64,000 bases of DNA from Phoronis australis (taxonomy: Eukaryota; Animalia; Phoronida), in the NCBI GenBank assembly GCA_002633005.1, contig NMRA01000072.1, forward strand, positions 919,957-983,956, written 5' to 3'. A program made the translations under genes and the position numbers. A model generated the notes under the pieces. That model did no database searches. It saw only the letters and a program-made list of their open reading frames with translations, and had not been told where the DNA came from. Shown here one piece after another: positions 28,454 to 40,338 of this stretch (positions are counted from its first letter, which is position 1; the number at the start of each line of letters is the position of its first letter).

Positions 28454-28795
28454 TTGTCTCAGTCAGCCATTGGAGGTGAAAGTTCCTCAACATACACCCT
28501 GGTGGAGCCACAAGTCATCAAACCCATGTGACCACCTACACTGATTCACAGAAGGATCTCATAGATGAGATGGCTACTAAGAGTAATTGTCTATGTCAGC
28601 CATTGTGAAGTGAAAGTTCCCCTGAGTACACCCAGGTGGCACCACAAGTCATAAATATGTTTCTAGCCAGCACTGGTTTACAAAATGTCATCTTTGATAG
28701 GACCAGGGTACTTGGAGGTCTTGTCTCCATTATCCATTGTGAAATAGAAGTCCCTCTCAGGTGGCACCACAAGTCATCAATGTCATGTGCCAGCT
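28454..28795. repeat. Diverged tandem repeat, approx. 133-bp period, about 2.6 copies
   Basis: TTGTCT...CCATTG...GAAAGTTCC...GGTGG(A/C)(G/A)CCACAAGTCAT recurs at 28454, 28587 and 28721. Confidence 0.75.
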
Positions 28796-28824
28796 GACAT
28801 TCCCAGACTTGCCAACACCTTTAG

Positions 28825-28892
28825 CTATAGTGTCCATTTGGTTGCAGCAACACCAGTACCCCCACTGCCACCTAGCAGGGCAGCAAGAAGAC
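28825..28892 (-). CDS. ZFP64: Putative distal terminal exon of ZFP64 (GLLAALLGGSGGTGVAATKWTL*)
   Basis: Very strong acceptor TTTGTTTCTTTTTTTTTTTGTAG|GT. The phase-1 frame matches the 39091 donor and stays open for 22 codons to TAG. Confidence 0.5.
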
Positions 28893-30924
28893 CTACAAAA
28901 AAAAAAGAAACAAACTGCAGGTGTAAATCATCAAATCTTCATGTGTCTGATTAAAACACAATAGAGTGAGATTGTGCAGGAACATGTCAGGTTGACAACT
29001 ACAATGTGTCTACACTGGGGACATGTACTTCAATAGCCAGCTTTCCTGTTTTGTTTCATTTTGATTTTATGTTTGTCACAAGAAATAATTCTAGTTCTGA
29101 AACAAAGTGCATTAACAGCATTGTAATTTACACAACTGCACTGAGTTTGGGTGGAACTCACAGGCGATACCTCCGACTCAGAGGTGTACATGCTGCCCTT
29201 ATTTTGGCGAGCTGTCCTGATTTTTTGCAGTGTGCCCTGACAAAGGAAATAGGTGATTTTAAGCAGTACGAATGTATGTCTCAATGGCTTTTCCATGCCA
29301 TTAATAGGACCCAACTTAGACACAGTCTAACATCAATATTCTGTACTGTTTTGATGATGGAACCAATTATACAGAAGGCCGACATCACATTGTGTGCAGT
29401 TATTAATAAAACAACCTCCGCAGAAGCAGCAAATGTTGACCACATTTCAGTGGGACTCTTTGATGAGCCGAGCTGGTGGAAATAGTTGCACGAATTAAAC
29501 TCATTAGACCAAGCACTCTGCAGACATGTTTTGCTATCTTTGATGGTCGTATTAATGTTTGATTGCCCACAAGGCTGCTCTGGGCATATGAGTAGAAAAT
29601 AATATGGTTACACAATATTACGCAACACAGCTGTTACTGTCTGGCGTGGACTACATCTGGGGGTTATGATTTGATGAAGGTGCAAGACAGACCTAGAATT
29701 ATCTATATATACAGTAAACATGTGTTCTCCTTTTGAAGTGTTGATAATTTTTAATTGACAATCCAGCCTCTTCTATGCCACTCTGACTGATCATACTCTC
29801 CCTACCAAGTTAATTAGCGGTATTGCATAAACCTGGACCACTAAATCTGTTGTGTCTAGGGTATTAATTGCTACAGAATGTCAAGATGGAACTTTCAGAT
29901 TGGCACCAAATTATTGGAAGGACATGGGTAATAAATCTTCAATTAGGAACAAAAATAATTCTTAAAAATGTCCACTTTCTATTTTCAAAGGCTTCTATCA
30001 TCGTTTTAAACGCTAAAATGTTAAGCAAGTTAAAGCCAGGTGATAGCTATACCCCAAAATGATGCCAACAAGAGGCTGAAAGTTTAGAAATGTTGGCACA
30101 GTTTTGACAAAAAATTGAATAAAATTCACCTTGCTTCTCTTTACTTATTTCACACAAAAATAATTATACCAAAATGGTCATTTTTCTACTTCTCAAAGAC
30201 TGGATGCAATGTTAAAAAATGAATGTTTAGTTCTTTTACAACACCTATACAGTTCATAATTGGTACTAAATCAGCCTTTCAACAAAAAAAAAACTTTTGA
30301 TCAAGGCCATTTACCAATACAAAACTGGTCTCAACTTATTCCTTACTCACGATTAGAGTGGATTCCTGGGTTTGGAAAAAAATGGCAGTTTGTTATTGTG
30401 GGACCAGGCACGGTTGGATTGTCACAGTGGGACAATTTATGCACAGAACATGGTCTCAAGCAATAACGAACGGTCATTTTTTTCAAAGCCCAGAAATACG
30501 GTAATCTCTTTATCAGAGTTATAAGGAACAAGTTGAGGCCAATTTATAGAGGTCTAAATCAAACATTTCTAAGTTGGAAGACATGGGTTTATAGCATCTT
30601 TAACTGTTGATACACCCTGGAAAAAAAGTTTTGTACCATCAAAAATTCTCATATACTCCCTTGGATTTCCACCCATCCCGGAGGACCACATAGTATACGC
30701 CAAAAATAAGAGCTCCAGAATTCTGTCATTATGGCTGAGCCCAAACGGGTATTCCATCATTATGGCTGAGTGCAAGAGGGGATTTACAGCCAGATAAGTT
30801 GGAATTAAAAAAAAAAATAATTGCAGGCGGTCTGATACACGTTGTACCAGACGTGCGCAGGCCTCACATGTGGGCCCATTGTTTCTGATCACCTGCAAAT
30901 ATTTTTATGCTTTATTAATATATG

Positions 30925-31048
30925 GTTAAAACCGAGCTGAGGAGCTAGAAACCTGGCTCAAGGGTTTAGCAGTGTGACCTGGTGGGACTTGAACCCAAGA
31001 CCTCGAGTAAAGAAAGCGGGCACTTATCAACCAGGCCACACTGCCTCC
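30925..31048 (-). mobile_element. tRNA-derived SINE 5' head (degenerate)
   Basis: Minus strand GGAGGCAGTGTGGCCTGGTTGATAAG (A-box-like)...GGGTTCAAGTCCCACCAGGTCAC (B box). No proper acceptor stem, so not a functional tRNA. Confidence 0.6.
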
Positions 31049-34000
31049 TGGCAGTTGGAATTACTAATCATAATGGGTCATGGTCCATCATGGCTGAAAA
31101 ACACATTTTTGGGGATTATTTTTGGCATGTACTTGAGATGACAAGTCGCTGCAATGCAAAAAGATGCAGAATTCCTACTGACACTAGCAACTAATACTGT
31201 TAACAAAACTCTTCAAATACAAAGGCAAAGTAAAATTTAACTTTACAGTCCAGTTTTACAAAGAAATGTTGCAGTACTGCTCAGCAGAACTCCACAAACA
31301 TTTGTCAGAGACAGAGTTGAACTGTTATAACCCGCGCAGACACGTCAAAAAATTCAATCAAAACATTTTAAGCTAAAGTGATTTTACTTAATTAACTGAT
31401 GCAAAAGGAAAAATGTCAGAGCGGCACGCGGTACTTATCAGACCACCGAAAAGCATGTTTTGATTTGGCTGATGACAGTTGAAGCTCCCTTTGAGCAGTA
31501 TATTATTACTCATTTCTAAACAGAAACGTATCCAACTGTGCAACGCATAGAGCAGGGAAATGCTAGACTGACTTGCTTAATTTATCTTAAAAAACAACGG
31601 TGTGAAAACTTATACTTTATACAAGCCCCAACACCTAAGCATTTCTGAAGGTCAAATTATTGGACAGTGTATTTATATTATTAAAGCATTAGAGATACCA
31701 AAATGCTCACCAGCCAAGTAACATTCTTGCCAGGTCAGAATTTAGTGAATTTACAAAAACTGTTTCAATTTGTTTATAAATCAAATTAGCTCACGGCTAT
31801 ATTAATTTTCCAGTCCACGTCAGAGTCTGTAGTTAGGCACATACTTTCCCCACCTGATGAGATTAGTTTTGTAAGCAAGGTCCTGAAGGTATATTTCACA
31901 CTTAGCAATTGGTTACGAAAAGAGATATATATACCCAAGATGAGAACATATACAATCACTCACATTTAAAGAATAGTTTTTCAACATGTACACTGTATCG
32001 AAAAGTACATAACAGATTGGGTGGTCCCATAAGTATGAGCTTATAAACAGTCTTTCCTCATTAGTCCACAAAATATTTACCTACAGTTGTATTTTTATTC
32101 TAAATTCTGTAGACACCTGAACTGTATTTATGTGAGGAAGTCATGTGTAAGCTGTATAATGTTTAAAAGAGAACAAGACACTTTCCTAAGAATATTTTTC
32201 AGAAATGGCCATTGTGAATCACTCCATAATAAAATGTCATAGCCCAGAGCATCCAGCAATATAGCATAATAAAATGTATGACAATTTTCCATGCGTTATG
32301 TAACCAGTGGAATCGTATTAAGCAATCTTGCTGTGATAATTTAGAAAGATGAATCCTACTAAAATTTACCACAACAATAATATGTAGCTGAAAAGCAACT
32401 GAAAGAGATTTGCCCAGGGGTTAAGCTCGACAATAATTTTGATAGTAATTTACACGCACAACAGATCAAATGTGACAGAATTTAATACCAGCCCCACTAA
32501 ATTGTCCTAGGGAAACAAAGAAGCCTGACAAAAGTGCAATGAAGACCCCTGGATACCGTTTCATCAAAGGTTGGAATTGCAGTAGTAGCAAAGGCAGACC
32601 TCATTACAAATGTGACGTTGTATTTTTTGGAAGACCAAAAACGCTGCAACTAAAGTAAAGTTGATAATTTTTTTATTTTCATACTTAACATGGGCTCCAT
32701 GAGCTCAGTTAAAGAACTGTGTGCAATTTGAAATCAAAGTTACCACTATCTTAGCTTAGGCTGGAAATACAAGCTTTGATAAAACGTGCCTTTGGCAGAC
32801 AAGAAAATTATGGTTTTGAGTGTGACCACTAGGTGTCCCTCTTCACCAGACCATCAAGAGTTCATGTGGAGCTATAGAAAATGAAATGCGCAACACTGAC
32901 TGAATCAAATTCTACAATATTACAACAGTGACACAAAAACAATAATTTCACAAAGTCTTTAGTACAACATTCAAGCTACCAAGCAGTGATGACAATAGCT
33001 TACACGGCATAAACAACATGACTTTACCTACTACTTTTTTAACACAGCTTTCACGTCAATTCGAGTGAGGTCAGAAGACATTACTTACGACATTTTCCAA
33101 CAGCAATTCTGGATTAAATCAAAGTTTCTATTTGTAAATAACCCCTACTTGGAGATAAATTTCTAGTAACCCAGACACCTGACAAACAGACTAAGCAAGC
33201 TAAGGAAATTATTAACAAAACCTTAATTTCACATCTAGACAGTAGTCAATATCAAATTTTCCTTTTCAGTCATAGCCCCTTTATACTAAATAGTTTGTGC
33301 AAAACTGCAGACCAGACCAACAGCTACACTTACCACTAACCCAGTGCACAAAGCACCATTTAATACATGTGCGTAACAACAATGGCAGGAATTGCCACAA
33401 ATTATTACATACAAGGAATTGGCAAAATGATCAAATTATTTTACATAATCCAAGATCGATTGAGTTGTTAACGGGAAAAGAAATGATTTATTGGAAAAGA
33501 AGGGTACCCATGAATGGCATCAGTTACTCAGAGCACAATACGGAGCTGACAAAAGTCAAGTGAAATTCTATTTTGTCCTAATTTCTACGCAAAAATAAAG
33601 ACTAAGAAAATGCCAATTTTTGAAAAATAGGTAGAGAATTATTGTAGTAGCGAACAATAGAAGGTGGATTTTACAGTTTTAATATACAACACTTGTTTAC
33701 ATGCAAATAAAACATACCAGCGTTCTGGTGGATGGGGAATGATACGAGGGAGCAACCATGCCGAGGTTGTTTTGTTCTTCACTTTTTCACTGTTCTCATG
33801 GAGTGGGGCCTAGGCTCCTTGCGCCCCCCCTAAATTTGTCATTGTATTGTAATTTGTTTATTAAATTCATATGCTGTTTTTAGTTTGGTAGCCAAGCGCT
33901 GTGTTATCAATTTAAGGGCTACTACAATATTAAATGCGGCAACTGAAAAAAACACACAACGTAACAACATAGCAAAATTTAAAGTTATATAGAAGTATCA

Positions 34001-34378
34001 ACTGAAACTTATTTTGACTGATTTGCAGAATCAATAAGGAAAAAGTGTACAAAATATTCCACAATACTGCGCTTTATATATCAACATCATGGCCTTTAAA
34101 TGTAAATCAATTTTGATAAAGAATTATGGGCCATGCTTTTACCCTACAGTTTCATTTGTTCAAACATAATGCTGTGTACAAATGTCCTTGGAGTCCTAAG
34201 TACACATATCCATGCCATAACTACCAATACAGGCAGACACTGGCATTGTCTGCAATTTGCCATACAAATGGGATTGTGTCATAATTCAAATGATGCTAAC
34301 AAAATAGGGTGGATAATCCTGAAAATTATTGTGTAACTTGGCCACATCTCATAAGCAGTCACCCAGCCGTGCTTGAAT

Positions 34379-34640
34379 TGACTGATGAGCAAGCCAGCAA
34401 TTCAGTCTCCATTCAAGAATTGGGAATTCATGCTCTATGTGACTCTAGCGCCATCTGTTTTGGACTCATGAAGAAGTATTTATCACACAAATAAAGCATC
34501 GTGTTTATCTCTTACAAGTCATAACTGACTGCTGATGGGCAAGCGATATATTCATGCTCCATGTGTCTCTAGCGCCATCTTTTGAACAAATGAAGAAAAT
34601 AATGAATTGTGTTTATTTTACAACTTCCAAGTCATAGCTA
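34379..34640. repeat. Diverged tandem duplication (two copies of about 115-145 bp)
   Basis: CTGATG(A/G)GCAAGC...ATTCATGCTC(T/C)ATGTG(A/T)CTCTAGCGCCATCT...ATGAAGAA...GTGTTTAT...CAAGTCATA occurs twice. Confidence 0.65.
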
Positions 34641-34769
34641 TTCGAATAGTTAATCACATACTATACTGCCTTAATAAGATTTAGAGGCCCTGTTACAGCA
34701 CACATTGTCACCAACAATTTGTTCTTGATGTGCCTTCAAACTGGCAATGTTGGACATAATGTCCTATTA

Positions 34770-36244
34770 CCGTATTCACCCTAATAAGCGCCCATGTCCC
34801 TATAAGCGCCCCCCCACACGTTTTTAGACTGCTAAAATAAGCGCCCAGCCCATGAACGTGTACATGCAAAAAATGTCTTACCTACAGTTCTAAAATTCTA
34901 CAGTAACGTCTTCAATTTATCAATAAGATCTGACAGTCCTGAAAAAAATCATTGTGCGCGGAATTTGCAGACCACGAACCTCACCACTATGTCGGTATTT
35001 GGCGTGACTATACACTTCAAACTTCCGCCGTGCTTCAAAAAGAATGCAAGTTTTGCTGATTTTGCGAGGAACGTGTCCCATCATGATCTGGCCTTTCAGA
35101 ACAGATGCAGCGTACTTGTCAAAGGGATTGTAGTGTATCTTTCCCATACAGATCTTCTACCTCAACAGGAATCCAAATTTCTTTGTACACGTGTAAACCG
35201 TGAATCGAATACTAATAAAAACTTGACCTTTGTTAAAAGCATGTGGCCAAGAAGCGCGCGCTACATACAAGTACCTGTCATCGAAGACATTAGTTTATTT
35301 ATGAAACGGGTAGCATAGCATCGGCAAGAAATAAATATTGGCACTACCAGTAATTTCCGAAAGTTTCTAATACCGTAAAAAACGTTTGCGTTATTTTAGG
35401 ATGAATTATTAACTTAATCGTAATTGGTGTTTTTAAAGTCAAAATGACCCACTGATAGAGAACACTTCCGTACCCTTACACCCCCCGAATCTCTTGGAAA
35501 ATAACTATTAAACTGTCACGCATCCAGTCACCTGGCGACTCAATGACATTTAATATCAGCCTTACCGAGACAATTCCCGAACGTTTTTTAGCAGACGAGA
35601 TCAACAAGCGCTAAATAAAACACATTCTGCTCTACTGTTTGTGTCAATTTCTTCAGTGACAATGCGCACCTAGATCGTTACATCACGTTTACTCCGGCAA
35701 ATGAACTCTGATGACACGCACGTGCTCGCTCACTCACACATGCAGACGAATTTCAAAACAAACATCATGTGACAACAACATGTGTGTTCGTCCAGAGAAT
35801 TTTCTCGTGTTGCGGGGACATACGATCTAGATAGCGCAGATTTGGACTTAATATGCAGTCCCGATTCCACTAAAACTTAAAAATCTTAGGGACGCTATTT
35901 TGAAACTTAAGGAGGACTTCACGTAATTTGTTAAGTCGAAACTGTATTTTTATTCAAGAATTCAAATTGACATATTGGCGATCGCGAGGCAGCGACGCAT
36001 CAATCGGCGAGTTTTCGCCCTGGGATTTCAGCACGATTCTCGTAATTTAACAATGAAGTTGACAATTTTGTAGAAAGTCTGTCATAGGTTACAGATGCGT
36101 CATAGAGCATAAATTTGATGAATCCTAGCTTACGATTTCACCCATTTTGGAGACCGGGTTTCAATCGCTTTAGGCTACAATAAGTGCCCGTACCCCAAAG
36201 CGAATTTGTCTAAGCGATCTGGGCCCTTATTAGGGCAAATACTG
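34770..36244. mobile_element. Non-autonomous Tc1/mariner-pogo-type TIR element (1475 bp) with TA TSD
   Basis: TA|CCGTATTCACCCTAATAAGCGCCCA...TGGGCCCTTATTAGGGCAAATACTG|TA (25-bp TIR, 4 mismatches). Repeated subterminal TAAG(C/T)GCCC motifs. CpG-rich relative to the host intron. Confidence 0.8.
34947..35207 (-). pseudogene. Frameshifted HIRAN-like domain relic carried inside the TIR element
   Basis: SIHGLHVYKEIWIPVEVEDLY (frameshift) NPFDKYAASVLKGQIMMGHVPRKISKTC...YRHS...GLQIP matches the pattern RGYHxYxxxWxPxxGExL..ExxNxxDxYAVxV..VGHVPRxIS..GLEIP. Confidence 0.65.
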
Positions 36245-36955
36245 TATGGGGAAGAATAGAAATCGGGTGGGAAACCACACATACATGTCAAACTTCCCAA
36301 AAACCGCATGGTTCTGTTTCCTAAAAAGAACTCAAGACTCAACACAGGAATTTAGTCATTCTCTCCCACTTCACAATACCTGAATAAAATATTTAGCCAC
36401 ATAATTATTGGCACACCACAAACTAGAAATAATTTATACAAGTTATTTCAGTAACTAGAAGTGACGTGTATATTGTGAGAGACTTTGTAAAATGACAAGT
36501 CATATTTCTATAGTGCCTCATACAAAAGTAGAGCAGTTTAAAAACAACTGCCAACAGCGTATTGGAGAACACTGTGTGAAGCACGAGTTCTTGAAGATTT
36601 TTGTTAATCCCATCAGCCCCCTACCGAAATACGATGTTCTGAAATTAGCAAAAATTTGGACTCAATTTACATTCTTACATAACTTTAAGGTTTGTTTCTT
36701 CTAGTAATCAAGACAATTTAACAATTATTTTTTTATTAAACACTAACATTTTCATCCCTAAATATCTTTGTTTGTCTGCACCCTCCCTCACACCAGAGTG
36801 GTGGTGAGAATATTTTATTCTCTGGTGTGAAGACAGACACTGTGCAAGCAATACCAAGAGCAACACTGTAAGTTGTAGATGTCTGTGACACTAGAAAAGA
36901 GAGTAAACATATGCAAATACCAATCTACTGCTAGGTTAGCTGGCTTACCTTTGTG

Positions 36956-36981
36956 CTATAGCCTGTCTTCCGATGAAGTTC
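36956..36981 (-). CDS. ZFP64: Coding part of a 33-nt ZFP64 cassette exon (36949-36981): GTSSEDRL*
   Basis: Acceptor TTTTCTATTCCCGTTGTAG| and donor AAAG|GTAAGC bracket 33 nt. In phase 1 it reads G-T-S-S-E-D-R-L-stop, with the stop 7 nt before the donor. Confidence 0.5.
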
Positions 36982-39090
36982 CTACAACGGGAATAGAAAA
37001 TAGTCCGAGTCAATTCAGATTACAAATAGCACCTACACATTAAGTTCAAGAGCTCAAATAAAAGATAACATTGTTCAACTTGCCAATGCAGTTTGGTCAA
37101 TTTATTGTAATAAGTATGAACTCTTGGAAATGGAGTGGAGTACTACTTTGTTAAACAGAAGTCGGTAAACCAACTCTTCAACAGGGTTGGAAGTCTTGCA
37201 CAGTGAAAGTGCACAAATATCACACTCAAATTTCACATCAAATATTAACCTGCAGGTGTCTAAATTGAAATCGCGTGAACATACTTATCTGTAGATATAA
37301 CTACGCAGTGTTCTCCACAACAAAACTTCCAAACTCCACGCAAATTTTTATATTAGTAGGAAACACTGTTCTTTCCCTAACCACAACATGGTCACTGTTT
37401 ATTTATAAACGTTTTAAAAATGTACACTACACTGGTGTGACCTACTTTTTGACTTTCCTACCAATTTTTCACCATAAGTCCTCCAAAGCATTCATGACAG
37501 ACTCGGAAAATCAAACTTAAGGTTATAAGTTCCATTAATAATAAAAATGTCAATTCTAGTTTCAATTTTACTTATTAAATACTACTAACATGTGATCTGG
37601 TGTGACCTGTTATCCAGTTGAATAAGTTCTAATTCGCCACCAGATGTCAGACAAAATCAAAATCCTCTAAATTAAGCATATCAAATTGTTAATTTACAGG
37701 TTTAAGTGCAAAAATTTAAAGTTAAAATAATATTGCTGCCTAGTCAATTATTAAGGTAAGGTAGCTGACACCATAAAATTATGTTAGAAAAAGAATTTCT
37801 TCAGATTTTTTTAGCAATAATTTACACTCTATTATTACAAAAATTGGTCATATATGTATAGTTAACTGCCTCATAGCACTAGGAACTATGGTTGGCACTT
37901 TTTAAACTTAACGCGGCAAAATTTAAACTCGTTGCCGCGTCGAGTCAAAACTGGTCGTGGAGAACACTGCTACATTAAATATAACTGCACGGAAATCAAG
38001 CCATCAAGCCCTTCGAAAGAATATATTTGCTCAAATATTCGACTTTTTACTTTTTGCTGGTCACTCTGTCATTTTCATTTTTTTGCCTTGCAGTAAACTT
38101 GTGAACTAAAGCATTCACTTGGCTGATTGGCTGGCATTTGTGTTACATTGGGTCAAAAACTGAGATTACAAGATGGTAGACCATTAGATTCGTTATTGTT
38201 AGAGGAAGATAAAAAGAGGCAAAATATAACTGGTAAGACCGTTTATGGTTTTCTAAACGTGTCAAGGGAATTTGATTTGATTAGTACTAAGACACTGAAC
38301 AATAATTTTCCTCTTGTTCTTGTGGTTTATGGCCATTTCACCACGTGGTGAAAAGCCCTCCGGTGCACCTTCAGCTCTGTTTATGAGCTGAGTATTGGCT
38401 AGGCTAGGTAAACAGGAGTGAATTGCATTGCCATAGCATGTGTTACTTAAGAGTTGTCTGTTACATTGAAAGTATTAAAAGTATTGAAAATATCTTTCAA
38501 GACAGTCTTGTTTCAATGCAGTAATACATATCATAATCATGCAGTGTTGCTTATATACACACGCAAGCCCACACACTTCAAGCACCATCTAGTAAGTCAA
38601 ATGTATACATTTACTATTAAAGGAGTAATAGACCAGAGTGCTTTCTGCCAAATACAAATTTTGATTTAGGCCACACGGTCATAAAATAGGTCTCATCTTT
38701 CTTACTCAGATTACAAACAAGTTTCAGACTTGAGAACCGACAACTCATTATTGCTTCAGACAAGGATCACGATATTGGCATGCCACTACATGTCAGGTTA
38801 GTTTCAGCTGTCTAAGCAGCTGGCTGTCAGAGGAATTAAGGTGTTTTGTTGCCACCAATGTCAATTCAAGCCACGGATAAAAGTACGATGACGTTGGTAT
38901 GGGAGAGCAAATATTGTAGTGAAGTCGTGAAAAGAACATGGTTTGTAACGTATGACTGTGCACAGCCGTCACCAGAGCTACTTCCATTACCACTGACACT
39001 ACCAGCAATAACCATGATAAATAATTTGAAGGTTTCAAAAAATGGCAGTGTGTGTGGTGTTAAGGAAATTTCAGAGGTGTTACAACTCAC

Positions 39091-39216
39091 CTTGTACATG
39101 AGCTAGCTGTATATTCTGATACCCGGGGTGAGGTAGATTGGCGGCCATATTGTGATGAGTTATCTGACCCAGGCCTGCACCACTCAGCAGATCCTGGCGG
39201 CCACCCAGCAGGTTGC
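39091..39216 (-). CDS. ZFP64: ZFP64 exon 8 (GNLLGGRQDLLSGAGLGQITHHNMAANLPHPGYQNIQLAHVQ)
   Basis: Acceptor TACTTTCCAG|GC and donor CAAG|GTGAGT; 126 nt, phase 1-1; Q/H/L-rich composition continues that of exon 7. Confidence 0.75.
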
Positions 39217-40338
39217 CTGGAAAGTACACCATAATATTAGCCACAGCAAAATACAGGGGTGTGTTCCATAAAGCAAGTTTCTTGCAAGTTTGCCGACACA
39301 CGGTATCACGTAGTCGCATACAGGAAAGGCCTTTCCTGAGTAAGCTCAGGACATAAATGGCGGCCACTAAAGTGACTAGTCAGTGAAGCTGAAAAGTTAA
39401 ACTGAGGGAGAAAATTCAAAGTTTCTGTACCATAAAGCAAAGGTCTTGAGAGTTCTTTGCTTTTCAGAATACAGCCCAAAACCAAACCCATACTGCTTGA
39501 AAACAAAATTGCCCGATATCATATTCTAGGATCGCACCTAGACGTGGCCTTGCCGTATTCTTGCAAGTTTTTTGTAAAAGTCCCTGATAATAAAAGTAAG
39601 ATGACAGTGCTATTAAAATTCTATTCCATCTGGGACAGCAATCTTCTGAATCGCCCTGCCCCACGAACACCAGAAACCCTGTCAGGCAATGGCCATTTGC
39701 TTTGCTGTGCACACATTCCCTGAAAAAATTACACTTGATTGCCTAATGTTGACGTCCTCTCAGGCAACAACAAGTCTTGTTTGATTTACAGCCTTCGCCA
39801 CAAGGGAATCAATCACTGATCAAGTGATCGTCTGCCCCAAGCCCAAAGGGCACAAAAATGAACTGATAGATTATAGATTATTTTAAGAAAAAACAATTCG
39901 GAGAGTTTTTGAAGTTCTATGTTGTATTAGTTACTCAGTGTCACCACAAAGATACAGTGATTTAACTGGCCACTTTTTAAAAGTATTTTATCAATTGTAT
40001 TCTTGAAGACGTACTTCCTTGGCAAATTCTTAAGCTTTTGGATGCAATTGGTCACCAAAATATTACAGACATGACTATTACGAATAAAACTAGAGTGTCC
40101 TGACTGCAAGGACTTTGATTTTGGAGATGCTTTAAAACTCTTCAAAGCTGCAAAACAACCTAGACTTTATTAATCCAGCAAGTGAGTTTTGAGCTTATCC
40201 ACAACTACTTTTGAAAACAATCAAAGCGAGTCGACACAGAGCAGCAATTCTCATAGTGTACAAAAATCAATACACACACAATACGATATTCAGGCTCATA
40301 TCTGAGGTATCGAGGGCCCTGCAGTGTTCACATCTTAC

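Noticed and set aside
28454-28795. SECIS element or definite snoRNA cluster
   Set aside because: No in-frame UGA in ZFP64 needs recoding, and the C and D boxes are not jointly retained across the three units. Kept only as an unexplained repeat.
29006-29485. 159-aa plus-strand ORF
   Set aside because: GTG start, random-looking composition, and it lies antisense within the predicted last ZFP64 intron.
30972-31048. Functional tRNA gene
   Set aside because: It has A/B-box-like motifs but no paired acceptor or anticodon stems, so I treat it as a SINE head. A similar remnant at approx. 43085-43145 is too degraded to call.
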